Shown here piece by piece: positions 15,011 through 28,307 of a stretch of DNA of 64,000 nucleotides. The notes under the pieces were generated by a model. The model saw only the letters and a program-made list of their open reading frames with translations. It was not told where the DNA came from and did not search any database. The position numbers were made by a program, and so were the translations under genes. The stretch covers positions 299,522,001 through 299,586,000 of the forward strand of contig OZ024740.1 in assembly GCA_964016885.1 (NCBI GenBank). Direction: 5' to 3'. Origin of the DNA: Eledone cirrhosa. Its lineage: Eukaryota. Positions within the stretch are counted from its first letter, which is position 1. The number at the start of each line of letters is the position of its first letter.

Positions 15011-15692
15011 TTAGAAATTGATGCTTCTGACAGGACCCGCGGGATCCAATGTTCAATGATGCTGCCTCCACGAACCTCAAACGTGAACAAAACATGTTTT
15101 TTCTTAAAATGATTTTTCCGTTACTTCCTCTTCTATTTCATCTTTTATTTCTCATTCTATCTCCACGTGTAATGTAAAACTCTTTCCCTATCAAGCATTA
15201 AACTAATATATTTATTTATTGTTTTGTGTCGTTTGTTATGTTATTGCTGCTTACGTATTGTATACAGACATAAACACACACATAAAAACACACACAACAT
15301 ATATATATATATATATATATATTATTGGCCACTGATAGTGAACTGTTTAGAAATGAGATAACTACGTTTTGGTGAAGATTATATTTTGAAGTCGCACAGA
15401 TGCAATATAACCTCTCATTTGAAGCCAATACTGTGCTTCATACACGATTTTTCTTTGCTAATTTGGAGTGTGGTAAGTCATTATCAAAACCTGAAAGGAC
15501 ATACAGAAAATGTGTTATGCATATCTACATTTGTATATATGTATCTCTCTCTCCCTCTCCCCATCTCTCCCTGTCTCTTTCTCTCTCTCTCTTTCTATAG
15601 ATATATATATAGAGAGAGAAAGAGAGAGAGAGAGGGAGAGGAAGAGAGAGAGAGAGAGAGAGAGAAAGAGATAGGGAGAGATGGGGAAAGGG

Positions 15693-15729
<37 letters not shown>

Positions 15730-15782
15730 AATTAATACAAACACAAAATAACACAAACACATATATATGGAGAGAGGTACGC

Positions 15783-15812
<30 letters not shown>

Positions 15813-15815
<3 letters not shown>

Positions 15816-16003
15816 AATTTTAGTACAGCATAAACGAAGCTTTAGTTTGTGGCCAAGCTAACGAATGCAAATTCGGTATGTAGTTTTAGCACTCGGATGG
15901 GGATAGTACCCCAGAGTAATAACAATACAGCTTAGCAACTCAAATATATCGATCGGCAGTCCAGCCGCATTAACACAGCAACGAAATTACAGGACTCAGG
16001 AAA

Positions 16004-16005
<2 letters not shown>
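15813..16005 (-). mobile_element. (TA)n-flanked repeat module, family shared with 40373-40460
   Basis: tagtacagcataa.cgaagct....caagctaacgaatgc...agcactc present at both loci directly after (TA)n. Confidence 0.65.
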
Positions 16006-16054
<49 letters not shown>

Positions 16055-16451
16055 GTGTATGGGGGTTGTGTGTGTGTATGTGTGTGCGTTTGTGTGTGCG
16101 CCTGTGGATTAAACTTTATTAGATGCTAATTTTATTCGTGCAAACAAGTTCCTCAATACGCCCTAGGAATGTGACGTGTATATATACATATGTACTTGTA
16201 GAGAGATGCATATCCATCCACGCTTCCGCAGACATATTTATATCTAGTCGCAGATAATGATTGATTAAATTTCAGAAAAAAAGTTTTAATCAATTTAATG
16301 TTGAATTTATTACAAATTCCAAGATATGTATGTAAATATATATAATACATATACCCCCCCCCCCCCCTCCACCCCACTCACACAAATACACGAGTATGTA
16401 TGTATTTTTATTTCATACATGCATATATTATACGCACACATACACATGCAC

Positions 16452-16535
<84 letters not shown>

Positions 16536-16966
16536 TCGTGTCTATATACATATGTAATGCAACTAATATATTGTAGTAAACCAATTTCCATCGATTTGTT
16601 CATCATTCAATCGCTCTTATATTTTGTCTGTCTTTTTGTATCTTCCTCTCTCCCTGACACACTGCCACCATGTCTGTCAACATCTCCTCCACCCCTCCCT
16701 CTCTCTCACTATATATATATATGTATATATAGGTATATATATGTAAGTATGTATGTATGTATACGTACATACATGTATGTATACAGACGTACCGTAGTAT
16801 GTATATATATATACCTACATGCACACATATATATATGCACGTATCGGTTTACCGAACATTTATTATAATGCTCGGTTTGTTCGTTTGTAAACAAACAAAC
16901 AGCCCGAATTACGCCGTACAGTGTTTAGGCAACCACGCCACCTTTTTGTTCAACACTAACACAGCA

Positions 16967-17009
16967 ACGATGTACTAGTTTCAATCTTATTAGCTATCGT
17001 CAGCATCGT
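16967..17009 (-). ncRNA. minimal type I hammerhead ribozyme
   Basis: acgatg-CTGACGA-tagctaataagatt-GAAA-ctag-TA-catcgt; 6-bp stem I, palindromic CTAG. Confidence 0.85.
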
Positions 17010-17073
17010 ATACCTTCCTGCCGTTCAACCATCGTATACCTTTCAGACATTCAACCATCTGGCAGGAAGGTAT

Positions 17074-17116
17074 ACGATGCTGATTCTAGCTAATAAGATT
17101 GAAACTTGTACATCGT
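17074..17116 (+). ncRNA. mutated hammerhead copy (core CTGATTC, stem III CTTG)
   Basis: Inverted partner of 16967-17009 with core substitutions. Confidence 0.6.
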
Positions 17117-17420
17117 TCCTGTGTCAGTGTTGAACAAAAAGGTGACGTGCTTGCCTAAACACTGTACGGCGCAATTCGGACTGTTTGTTTGTTTGTTTAC
17201 AAACGAACAAATCGAGCATTATAATAAATGTTCGGTAAACCGATACGTGCATATATATATGTGTGCATGTATGTATATATATACATACTACGGTACGTCT
17301 GTATACATATATGTATATACGTATACATACATACATACTTACATTTAAGTAAGTGCCGTACTAAGAGTGAGAAATGAAATTTCCTTTCATTCTAATCCAT
17401 TTAGGTATATATATATATGA

Positions 17421-17494
<74 letters not shown>

Positions 17495-17495
17495 G

Positions 17496-17768
<273 letters not shown>

Positions 17769-17841
17769 ATGTATATATATATATATATATAGACACAGAG
17801 ACACACGTACACACCTCACCCGCACGCAGACACCACCCATC

Positions 17842-17886
<45 letters not shown>

Positions 17887-17921
17887 GTTCATATATATAT
17901 ATATATATATATATTCATATG

Positions 17922-17977
<56 letters not shown>

Positions 17978-18066
17978 CATATATATATTTATACATATAT
18001 ATATATATATATTTTTTTTTTTTTTAACGATCGACTTTCGTCAAATCGGACATAGGAAACGTTGGT

Positions 18067-18106
<40 letters not shown>

Positions 18107-18115
18107 TATATATAC

Positions 18116-18201
<86 letters not shown>

Positions 18202-18677
18202 GTGGTGTCTGCGTGCAGGTGAGGTGTGTACGTGTGTCTCTGTGTCTATTTCTCTATCTTTCTGTACATATACGTGTCGGGGATTTCATATAAGACTATA
18301 TCAATAGCTATGTCGATATGTGTGTTTGTGAGTGTTGACGAGTGGGTATTAAAAGAAATGAGCAAGACATTGTTATTGGCCGATTGTCTGCCAATATTCG
18401 TTTCACTATTTATGCCTCAAGTACCAACAAGTAAAAAGAAGGCAAAGAAGAAAATCAAAATTTTCCGTTTTATTGAAACGATGAATTTTACAATGAATGA
18501 ATATTGCTATTTACTAAATGATTAAATATTTACATGGTGTGTCTATTGTCTCATAAATGTTCATCGAATCACAAACAAACACAAACACATATTATATACA
18601 CACTTACACACACACACATATATATGTATGTATGCATATATATATATATATATATATATACATACACACACACACAG

Positions 18678-18742
<65 letters not shown>

Positions 18743-19322
18743 CACACATACATATATATGTATATTTATGCATATATATATATATATATATATATATCCA
18801 AAATCCCCTGTGATTGTTTCATATGTTTAATTATATGTCAATCAATTTCTAGTTCATATATATATATATATATATATATATCCCCCCCCCCCCCCCCATA
18901 TATATATATATACCCCCCCCCCCCCCACACATATATATATATATAGTGACGTTTGTCTCTGAAATTTATGTATGGACGGATGGATAATACGTCTATCACT
19001 CAGTGCAATGAATATTGCAGTCAAACAAATACAATATCATTCAGGAATCTTTCGGAATAATTAATCTCTAATAAACCATTGATATTGAGTTTGCTACGAT
19101 CTGAACGTCTCCGTTTAATATATATTCGATATCAACCTATCGCTGTAGCCAGCAATGGCAGCATACTAATTATCCACACACAAACACCCACACGGAAACG
19201 CACACTCACACACATAGACACTCCCATACACGCGTAAGGAGATACATAGACAATCACATACACTGGTATACACAAATACATGCGTTATGTGGCACTCAAA
19301 TATATATATATATGTATATATA

Positions 19323-19701
19323 TTAGGGTGGCCATTATTTTTCGACACTCTAGGCTACCACGCGACTATCTTGTTCAAATTAAGAAAAATACAACCTATG
19401 CGAAACTTTAGCTCAAGCGGACAAATGCATGGCGACCCTCATCGACCGCAACATTTTGAAGTTTTCGCCCCAAAAAGTCATTTTTTCAGATAAAGATTTG
19501 TTATCTCTTATATAATTTTCTCTAAATTAAAAACTTGTTCAGACTTATTGTTGGTATTAGAAGGATAAGTAACAATAAATATAACGGGGAAAGCAACTTG
19601 GAAAGCTAATGACAGAGCGCAGGCAAACACCTATTTTTCGCTGTGGGAGCAGCAAAATTTTATCTTTCGGAAAATTACCTATTGCTAAGGGCCACTCTAA
19701 T
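19323..19701. mobile_element. MITE with TTAGGGTGGCC termini (hAT-like)
   Basis: attagggtggcc at left, ggccactctaat at right; related terminus ggccaccctaat at ~22512-22523. Confidence 0.55.
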
Positions 19702-19776
19702 ATACATATATCTGTATGTGGTTGACAGCTGAGAAAAATGAGTAGTCGGTATTGAGTAATATATATATATATATAT

Positions 19777-20948
19777 AAACTACTTCGCATTTTCTTATTC
19801 TAAATATACTCCGTCACTCCTATGTCGAAAAAGTATGTTGAGTGCTTGATTGAATTGCATCAATATTTACCTTAACAATTTAGCTCCAAAATGTTGAGCG
19901 CTCTAGGGTGCAATCGATGTAGTGAAGATGTGGAGGAACCAGCCATCAGTTACACCTGGAAATTCCCTCTACCATAGGGACTGTTTACACACACTGGAAA
20001 TCCCTAGTACTGGGTGGACATAAAATTATTAACTAACTTTCGACCAGGTAAATAAGCGGAACTAAAAACAACGTTAAACCCCTTGTTTGCCTGCAGCATT
20101 TCCACAGAGGCCTTGAACGGAAGCCCCCTCACCTCATCCCATAACGAATTGTTATATGCACTTTACATGGACAAAATTGACAAGCATCTTAACCACGTAT
20201 ATCCTCATTTCCATGCAGTTTATCTTCCTCGTATATACTTTTTTCTCATATATGTCTCCTCTCATGTTGCATCTATGTACTTTTTGTTTTGATTCATGTG
20301 ATAGAAGATATTAACTAATTATTTGCCTAATTACTACGTTTCATACTGTACGGTACTATCTTTCAATATGTGGATACTATACTATATCAGAATATCCACT
20401 GTGAAACCATAATATCTAGAATTAAGTTTATATTCTCTTAGCGTGTGATGGTCAATTCTATAGTCCAAGCATAATTTAGGGGTAGTATTGAGGCCTATTG
20501 AAACTCATACTCTGCCACCACTACTAGGTTTCGGTCAACTGCTACTGGCAGGGCAACTAGCAGTAAACTATAACCGTGTCATATTACAGAATTGGTTGGA
20601 GGTGACCGTTTCGTTGGTGTGTGAGGGGACATGCCTAGGCGACTTTCGTAGAGTTTTGGGGTAGTGGATGGTCAACTTCCTTTTCACTTGCGCCTGCGCA
20701 AACCGGTGGGAGTGAATTGGGACTCACAAGGGAACGGGCGAAGGATTCAAGAACACTTTGTCCTTTCTCTTGTCGATTCAATTTGGATTGCCTCGGGAAC
20801 ATAACCTTATTATGTAAGAAGCTGTCTGATGATGTCACGGCACTGGATACACCGAAGCGTGTGGCTACTGTTGTCATTGAAATATGTATCACAGCATTAT
20901 CATTAAAGGACTTTAACATCTGAAACTACTTCGCATTTTCTTATTCTA
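19777..20948 (+). mobile_element. non-coding, hammerhead-bearing, Penelope-dependent (retrozyme-like) element
   Basis: Identical 26-bp terminal direct repeats (19777-19802, 20923-20948), (TA)n both sides, hammerhead near 3' end, leader motif shared with the PLE at 62926-62946. Confidence 0.75.
20821..20895 (+). ncRNA. type I hammerhead ribozyme
   Basis: gctgt-CTGATGA-tgtcacggca...tgttgtcatt-GAAA-tatgta-TC-acagc. Confidence 0.9.
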
Positions 20949-21044
20949 TATATATATATATAAACTCTCCTTACTATCCTTGATTTCATATTTCTCCTTG
21001 CTCCCCTTTTCTCATTGCATTTGTATATCAACAAGTACATAGAT

Positions 21045-21495
21045 ACAAGAAGAAAGGGAGAGCAAGGAGAAAAGGAGAGCAAGTAGAGCATTACAAAAAG
21101 GAGAGCAAGGAGAGTAATGAGAGCAAGGAGAGCAACGAGAAAATGAGAGCAAGGAGAAAAGGAGAGCAAATAGAGCATTACAAAAGGGAGAGCAATGAGA
21201 ACAAGGAGAGCAATGAGAGCAAGGAGAGCAACGAGAACATGAGAGCAAAGAGAGCAAGGATAAAAGGAGAGCGAGGAGAGCAAGGATAAAATGAGAGCAA
21301 GGAGGGCAAGGATAACAGGAGAGCAAGAAGAGCAATGAGAAAATGAGAGGAAGGAGGGCAAGGATAACAGGAGAGCAATGAGAGCAATGAGAAAAGGAGA
21401 GCAAGGAGAGCAAGGTGATAAAGGAGAAAAGGAGAGCAAGGAGAGGAAGGAAAAAAGGAGAGCAAAGAGAAAAATGAGAAAAGGAGAGCAAGGAA
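21045..21495. repeat. purine-rich ~9-bp minisatellite (GAGAGCAAG variants)
   Basis: Repeated gagagcaag/gagagcaat/aaaaggaga units. Confidence 0.9.
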
Positions 21496-21499
21496 GGTT

Positions 21500-22523
21500 A
21501 AGGCAAATACTGCTCAAGTTATGCCAGGAGAAGACAAAGGTGAAAAAAATCAACATTCTTCACCAAAATGACTTTTCTTCCTTTACAAACATCGAGTTTT
21601 CGTCTTTAGTAACTCCTGGTACAAATACTTTCTTCGCGAGATTTTCTATCTGTACCAATTTCCTCGACATGGAAGGATGATCATGGTTACAAAAGTTGAT
21701 TTGAAAAACTTGAGAAGACAGTTGTTGCGAACGATGTAGCAGGAAGTGATGTCAAACTAATTCAGGATTACAATAACATTCCACAAAAGACGAAACTGAG
21801 AAACAATTTGTTTTAGAGATCGTTCCCGAAAACCATAAAACATACCCAACTGCCACTAAATCCTCTCTTATGCAAAAATAATTGTTTCTACTATTGGCAC
21901 AAGGCCAGCAATTACCCAGTACATTACTGGTACTTTATTTTATCGACCCCGTAAGGATGAAAGGCAAAGTTAACCTTGGCGGGATTTGAACTCAGAATGG
22001 CAAGGGCCGTAACTCTATGCGTCAAAGCATGGCGTTCAATCCTCTAGCGATACTGCCAATCCACCGCCCTCTTATGCAAAAATAATGTTCAATATTCAGT
22101 GTTCAGTGTTCACACTGTTTTTGATTCTATAGAAATTATTGCTGTAAATAAAAATGCGTTTCTTTTATAGAAGTTGTGTGCTTTATTAAGAAAACCTAAT
22201 ATTTCTTAAGTTTTTCATGTTATTTCAGGAATTTTTCAAATTAACTATTGGACAATTTGATTCTGAACGTTTTAAAACATTTGCTGGGGTTGCCTGGATG
22301 TGTCCACATACATTTCTCTAAGAAGAAAAGGGAACAGCATACCGCTTTTGAACAGAATTAATCGTTGCGTATACTATGTTCCAAATTCAAGGCATTTGAG
22401 GGTCGCTTAACAGTTGTCCGATTTAGCTGAAATTTTGCACACTGTTCGCATGTTAATTGAAACAGGATTAGGGCCTGGAAGAGGCACAGAAAATTATTTA
22501 CATATTTCTAAGGCCACCCTAAT
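21500..22523 (+). mobile_element. hAT-like (probably hATm-type) DNA transposon 3' remnant
   Basis: Decayed peptide LVTPGTNTFFARFSI..FL...W...VVANDVAGSDVKLIQDYNNI-TKDETEKQFVLEIV..NHKTYP; right TIR ggccaccctaa. Confidence 0.55.
21883..22068 (-). mobile_element. full-length octopod tRNA-SINE with 18-bp target-site duplication
   Basis: TSD ctcttatgcaaaaataat at 21865-21882 and 22069-22086; A-box/B-box-like head ggcggtggattggcag...gagttcaaatcccg. Confidence 0.9.
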
Positions 22524-22971
22524 ACGCATGGTATATATATATCCTGGTAAATGAATAGCCGAGCTTCTCAGGGGTAATATTCCATATATGGTAAAAGTGA
22601 TTGTCACAAGGATTGGTTAAAAGTTTGTTGTTGAGACACATAATTCTATCATGGCATTTTGTGGAAGGAAGGGGTAAGTAAACTTGCCAGTAGAAGAAAG
22701 AGGGAGAGGGAGTGGAGGAAACCCAGTCGTGCGTTGAAAGTGACGACTACAGCAGAATCCTAAGGATAAGAGGTCAAGAGGGGGAGGGGGAGGAAGTCGA
22801 AACAATAAGTAGATCTATATGGAGTAAATCTATATAGAAAAATAAGAATGTTAAAAATATAACAAAACACAATTTCTGGTTACTATTCCCCTACCACAAT
22901 CATCAAATCTCTCACTAGACTATAGAAAAGTTTAATACGTGGGGCGGGATATTAAATACGAGATTGTAGTG

Positions 22972-23078
22972 AAAGAATTTTATGAGTTAGTAGTACTCGG
23001 CCTAATCTATCTTACTACTTGTTGACTTGTCATTGTCAGATAGATTAGGCCGAGTACTACTAACTCATAAAATTCTTT
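22972..23078. repeat. perfect 41-bp inverted repeat at the 5' junction of a Penelope-like element
   Basis: aaagaattttatgagttagtagtactcggcctaatctatct / exact reverse complement at 23038-23078. Confidence 0.9.
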
Positions 23079-23122
23079 ATTAATGCACACAACCTTACAC
23101 CCCCCGACAACCAAGGTTCACA

Positions 23123-25212
23123 TTGAAAGATCATAAGGAGGACTTTGCAAGTAGCCCCTCTGTCAGGCTCATTAGCCCCTCTAAATCTGACATAGGGATT
23201 ATAAGTAAAAAAATACTGGATGAAGTCATACCGAAAGTTAAGGACAGGATTAGCCTGGAACTATGGGGAAACACTGCCGAAGTGATAAAGTGGTTCTCAA
23301 GCATTAGCAACCACAAATCACTACGCTTCATCCAGTTCGATATAGACTCCTACTATACGTCTATATCCCCCATATTACTGAATAAGGCGCTCATAATGGC
23401 AATGCGGACGGGCGGAGTCACTAGATCCCAGATTGACATAGTTCTTTCCGCTCGTAAAATAATTATCACATTTGAGGATGAATTGTGGACGCGCAAGAAC
23501 ACACGTAATAACTTCGACATCACTATGGGGTCTAGTGACTCAGCACAGGTGACAGACCTCGTCAGATTGTACTTGCTCAAGGAGCTCAACGAGCAGTTCC
23601 CACACCTCAGAGGAGGGCTATACCGTGACAACGCATTACTTACTGTGGAGTTTAAACGACACAACCTAGAAAGAACTAGAAAGGACCTATATAAATTCTT
23701 CAAGAACTTTAACCTCTCAATAACTATGGATAGAAATAGTAAGGTAGTCAACTTTCTAGATGCCACACTAGACCTAGATAAGTTAGAATATACACTGTAC
23801 CATAAACCTAACGAGAGGCTGACATACGTCAATGCCAACTCCAACCACCCAGGCTCAGTCCTCAAAGCAATAGTTAAGGGAGTATCTAGTAGGATTAGCG
23901 GACTATCTAGCAGCGTGACCGCATTTGAGGCAAATGCGGAGTATTACAATAAGACGCTAGCTAGGTCAGGGCACAAAGATAAACTCCATTATGTTGAGGC
24001 AGGTGGCACCACCCCACCACCCCAACCCAGCGATGTAATCACGCATAATATGTCCATGGGGGATGGAGGGAGAGCTAGAAAGACGAATAGGGACAATAGG
24101 AAGTTAGCTAAGAACAACAACACTCGCAATGCAGACACGGATAGGGCCCGCGCGGCTGGAAAGCGTTACGCCGGCCCAAGAAGTCCAACAGTGAAAACGG
24201 GGGCCAGAGGTCTAGGAGATTCGAGACCAACACACATACCACTGGGAGCCCAGCAAGCACACCTGGTAGAACCCGTAATAATCTAGATGAAGGGAGGGTA
24301 AGCAGCATAGGGGATAAGAAACGCAGTGGAAGGAATAGAAGACGTGATAGTACCTTCTTTAACCCGCCCTTCAACTCTAATATTACTACAGACCTCCCCA
24401 AATCTTTTTTCTCTTTAATAGATAGGAACTTCCCCCCAGGTAGTAGGTACGGTAGTGTCATCAATAAGAATACTATCAAACTATCGTACTCGACAACCCC
24501 TAATCTGGCCTCCCACCTAGCTAAGACCAATAAGAGTAAGATTAAAGAGGGACTTAAGGCCATCCGAAATAGTGAACCACGCCAGTACACACGACAACAT
24601 GGGACCGACCCACTGAGTGAAAGACCCAGGGGGATAACAGGCAATAGAACCGGTCCCACTAGGCAGCCCCGCGGCCGCTTGGAGGGACATGCACCCCTGA
24701 TTGAGGAGCATGACCCTATTAGAAAGTGTAATTGCAGACGGAAGGACAAATGCCCACTAGCTGGACACTGCCTTACTAGGAACGTAGTATATGCTTGTAA
24801 CGTAACCACAGACACGTATACTAAGATGTATGTGGGGTCAACAGCTAACCAGTTCAAGACCAGATTCAACGCCCACCAGGATAGCTTCCAAAATGAGAAG
24901 CTTAAACATACCACGTCGTTAGCAGGACACATACATAACTTAAAACAAGCAAAAATCCCCTACACACTAAGCTGGAGATGCCTTACTAAAGCTCCTCCAT
25001 ATAGCTCATTGAGCAGGTTTTCTAGCCTGTGCCTAACTGAATCTCATGCCATAGTATTCTCAGGACTCAACTTGCTCAACAGGTGGTCAGAAATCTTCTC
25101 GTCCTGCCCCATACTATACTTAGCTCTTTCTTTTTCTTCAGACCAGACACCTAACCCTGACCCCACCCTGTCCCGCACATGGCTGCCCCGCTGGCGAATA
25201 GGGTGCTCTTGA
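23123..25212 (+). pseudogene. PLE reverse transcriptase - GIY-YIG endonuclease (frameshifted; YRDD mutated to YRDN)
   Basis: KDHK..VRLISPSKSDIG, FIQFDIDSYY, TMGSSDSAQVTDLV, GGLYRDN, NFLDATLDL, SNHP; after a frameshift near 24110-24280: FFNPPF, KCNCRRKDKCPL, VVYAC..MYVGSTANQFKTRFNAH. Confidence 0.9.
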
Positions 25213-26512
25213 GTAACCCCGGCCACATTGATGTCTCGGCTCCCCGATTGCCGATGGGGACTCCGGTGAGGAACAGTCGACCCTGTGTCCCACTTGCCAA
25301 CTTGGGATTGGTGGCAGCATTGTTGCTGGGCGCCCTGGGGGCAGCTGATGCCTGCGGTGTGGGACATTGCGAGTGCCTGGACCCACGTTGACTGGTCTGG
25401 GGAGGTGCCGTCGGAGATGCATATCAACAAATTCGGGAATTTGCCCAAGGAAACAGTAGCAGAACACCCAATATGGCGGCGGCTCCCTGCCTATAACCAT
25501 TCAAACCCCCCTCCCCTAGTAAACCCCCGCCCAAAGAGATGTCCCTCCCCATTCCCGCCCCCCCATTCATTTCTTTTGAGTTAGTTCTTTATTAATAGTG
25601 GTTTTTTTGGGGGGTGGTGGGGGTTGAGTTAGTTCTTTATTAATAGGGATTTTTTTGTATATTACCACGGTTGATATAATGGGCTTGGAGAGTTGACTCC
25701 CTTGATGTCTGACCACTCGATAAGTTAGGGGTTGTGCCCCTTGAACAGGGGTGTGTCTTGCTGGTCTACCCGCCGTCTGCTGCTACTCGAGACTGGACAT
25801 GGTCGTAGCCACAGCCCAGCGCGTGCGCGATAGCATGGAATATATATTTTCTGCTAGTCACCCCGTGTAATATGATACCCCAAGATTCCATGCACGAGAT
25901 TCACCGAAGCATGCGCAGACTTAACCGGGAGATGACATGCGAACTTGAAAATACCACAAGAGCGGATAGCGTAGACGCCGGACCATACCCGCAAATATAT
26001 ACCCTGATCTGTCTTGAATATGCATGGCTGACGGAATATGGATAACACGACCACCATCTAAGCTAGAACCGGCCCCTACAACAAACAAAGAGGGGACAGC
26101 TCTTAGCATTTGACCAGTCGCGTGTGTGCTTGGAGTTCGTGAGAGGAGGGGATATTAGCGAGAGACGCAATATACCACCCCAGTCAAGTCCATACTGGAC
26201 TTTTCTTACCAATATATCATGTACACCAATACATCCTATGCAGAGAGACATTGGATTTAGAACAGGCAGGCTGATCCATCGCAAACGCGTGCAATCCCCG
26301 AAACTAAAAGATCGAACGGACCACACCCTGCGACCACTAGCTATTTGATCCACAGGTACATTTCCCAGAGAGTCCACACAGCTGATAGTGAATCCCAGTT
26401 GATTCGTGAACTCGGAACTTTTAAACAAGACCAACTGTGCCTGGAGCTATGCAGATGACTGCATGCGCACAATCGATATCGCACCCACAAGGTCACCTGT
26501 ATTGTTCATCTT

Positions 26513-26765
26513 GCTGTATGTGTGTAAAGTATCCGTGCGTGGGATATCCCTGAGTAAATTTACTTGACTGTTAATTGTTTATTGATTGTTTGTTAATTAG
26601 GCAGGAATATACCCTTATGTCTTTGTTAATCCTATGTGTTGCTGTATGTGTGTAAAGTATCCGAGTGTGGGATATCCCTGAGCAAATTTTGCTTGACTGT
26701 TAATTGTTTATTGATTGTTTGTTAATTAGGCAGGAATATATTATTATCTCTTTGTTAATCCTATA
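26513..26765. repeat. 128-bp tandem duplication inside PLE 3'UTR
   Basis: gctgtatgtgtgtaaagtatccg.. starts at 26513 and 26641. Confidence 0.9.
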
Positions 26766-27944
26766 TTAATAATTTTATAATAATTTTTTGATAGTACATT
26801 ATTAGATTACTGAAGCTACCTTATACCTTCTTAAAAATACATTTTATAATTATTGTCTTTTTGCTTATATATTTTCTTACTTATCATTTTCTTTAATCTT
26901 GCCCAGCTTGATAAGCTCTTTGAATTGCTCCTTAATTAGATTACTTAAATTACTTAAATTACTTTATCTATTATACCTAAGTTGTATCTGTTGAAGCAGC
27001 CCTTTGAAAATTCCTCGGATCTCCCAAATCCCGTAATTTTTAACTTTTAATTTGTAATTTTCCTCAATTCATTTATATATATCTTTAAAGGCTCTCTAAA
27101 GTTTTAATTCTTTGAAGGGTCTTTCGGAAGAGGTTCTTATTAAAAATGTTAAAGGGGCCTTTTCTGAGGGATTTTTTGAAGGCTTTTTGAATTAACCTTT
27201 AATTAATTAATTTCTTTCAACTATTTATTTCTTAATTTTAAAATTAAATTTAATGTTCAACCCCTTAATCGTTAATTTTTAATCATGGATATATAAGATT
27301 GCTTAATCTTAAATTCATTAAATTTTTTTAATTTCGGGGTTTGGAACTCTTAAAATTCAAATCCTAACTTAAATCTTAATATTTAACCTGTTAAATCTTT
27401 TCCTTAATTTTTAATTTTTAATTTTTAATTTCTGAGTTTAGAACTTTAGTAGGGATTATCAAAACTTCGTAAATTTTCTGAAATTTTTTAACGAGATCTC
27501 TTAGAAAAATTTTTTTTTGCTTTTGAAGGAATTTTTTAGGAAACTTTATATTTTTTTAGGAAACTCTATATTTTTATTTTTTTATTTTTTTAGTCTCTTA
27601 ATCTCTTCTGGTTTGTTAGGTTTATTGGGGCTTATAAGCTTTATGCACTTATTGAGGGATTTTTTAAGGTGCTTCTACGAGATCCCAAGTCTTTTACTTT
27701 TAATGCGTAACTTATAAATTCTCTAATTTTTTACCTTCAATCCCTAACTCTTAGGCCCTTTTCAAATTCTCTTAACTCCCTATAACCCATCCCTTTTACA
27801 ACTCCTACAACTAATATAAAAGAGCCCCCTTAGAATATAGACCTCAAATATACAAGCGAAGCTGTTGATGTATACCACAATTTCAAACTGCTAATCTTGA
27901 GTGAAACGTTGATGTAAATAATGAACTTACAATCACCTGTTATA

Positions 27945-27991
27945 TGCCTTGAAAAGTCCCACCATATGGTCGGACGAAACGGCTGTCGGCA
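27945..27991 (+). ncRNA. hammerhead ribozyme, U3:A8 core variant
   Basis: tgcc-TTGAAAA-gtcc-caccatatggtc-ggac-GAAA-cggctg-TC-ggca at the PLE 3' terminus. Confidence 0.8.
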
Positions 27992-28035
27992 ATAAACTTG
28001 TTATAATGTCATAATAGTTCCTTTGTTCTTTTTCA

Positions 28036-28080
<45 letters not shown>

Positions 28081-28095
28081 GTGAACCTTCAAACC

Positions 28096-28175
<80 letters not shown>

Positions 28176-28232
28176 CATTAAAAACAAAAGAAGGCCAAAC
28201 TGGAAACTCTCTTAAATTTTAATTCTGCGTAG

Positions 28233-28307
28233 ACACTATACATATTTCAGTGGCCCATTTTCATTATCCGATCATGATGCAAGACGTCGGCGATTTCATC
28301 AGGCTTT
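28233..28307 (-). ncRNA. hammerhead-like motif in a small fold-back module (28170-28432)
   Basis: aaagc-CTGATGA-...-GAAA-tatgta-TA-gt; weak stem I/II, but the inverted arm at 28365-28380 reads tacgtata..gcttt. Confidence 0.5.

Larger units (their letters stand above)
16741..17405 (+). mobile_element. fold-back element with hammerhead in each arm (family shared with 50270-50990)
   Basis: Inverted arms ~16741-17022 / 17061-17344, unpaired 3' tail 17345-17405, microsatellite on both sides. Confidence 0.85.
23087..28040 (+). mobile_element. Penelope-like retroelement (Hydra-clade-like), 5'-truncated, long 3'UTR, ends in (TA)n
   Basis: RT plus GIY-YIG coding region, terminal hammerhead at 27945-27991, (TA)n from 28038. 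Confidence 0.9.

Noticed and set aside
20903-21556. Hydrophobic 217-aa ORF resembling a membrane protein
   Set aside because: Antisense reading of the GAGAGCAAG minisatellite
24108-24932. 274-aa minus-strand ORF (also 23353-23865, 52771-53301, 62542-62925)
   Set aside because: Shadow ORFs opposite retroelement coding sequence, with no independent motifs
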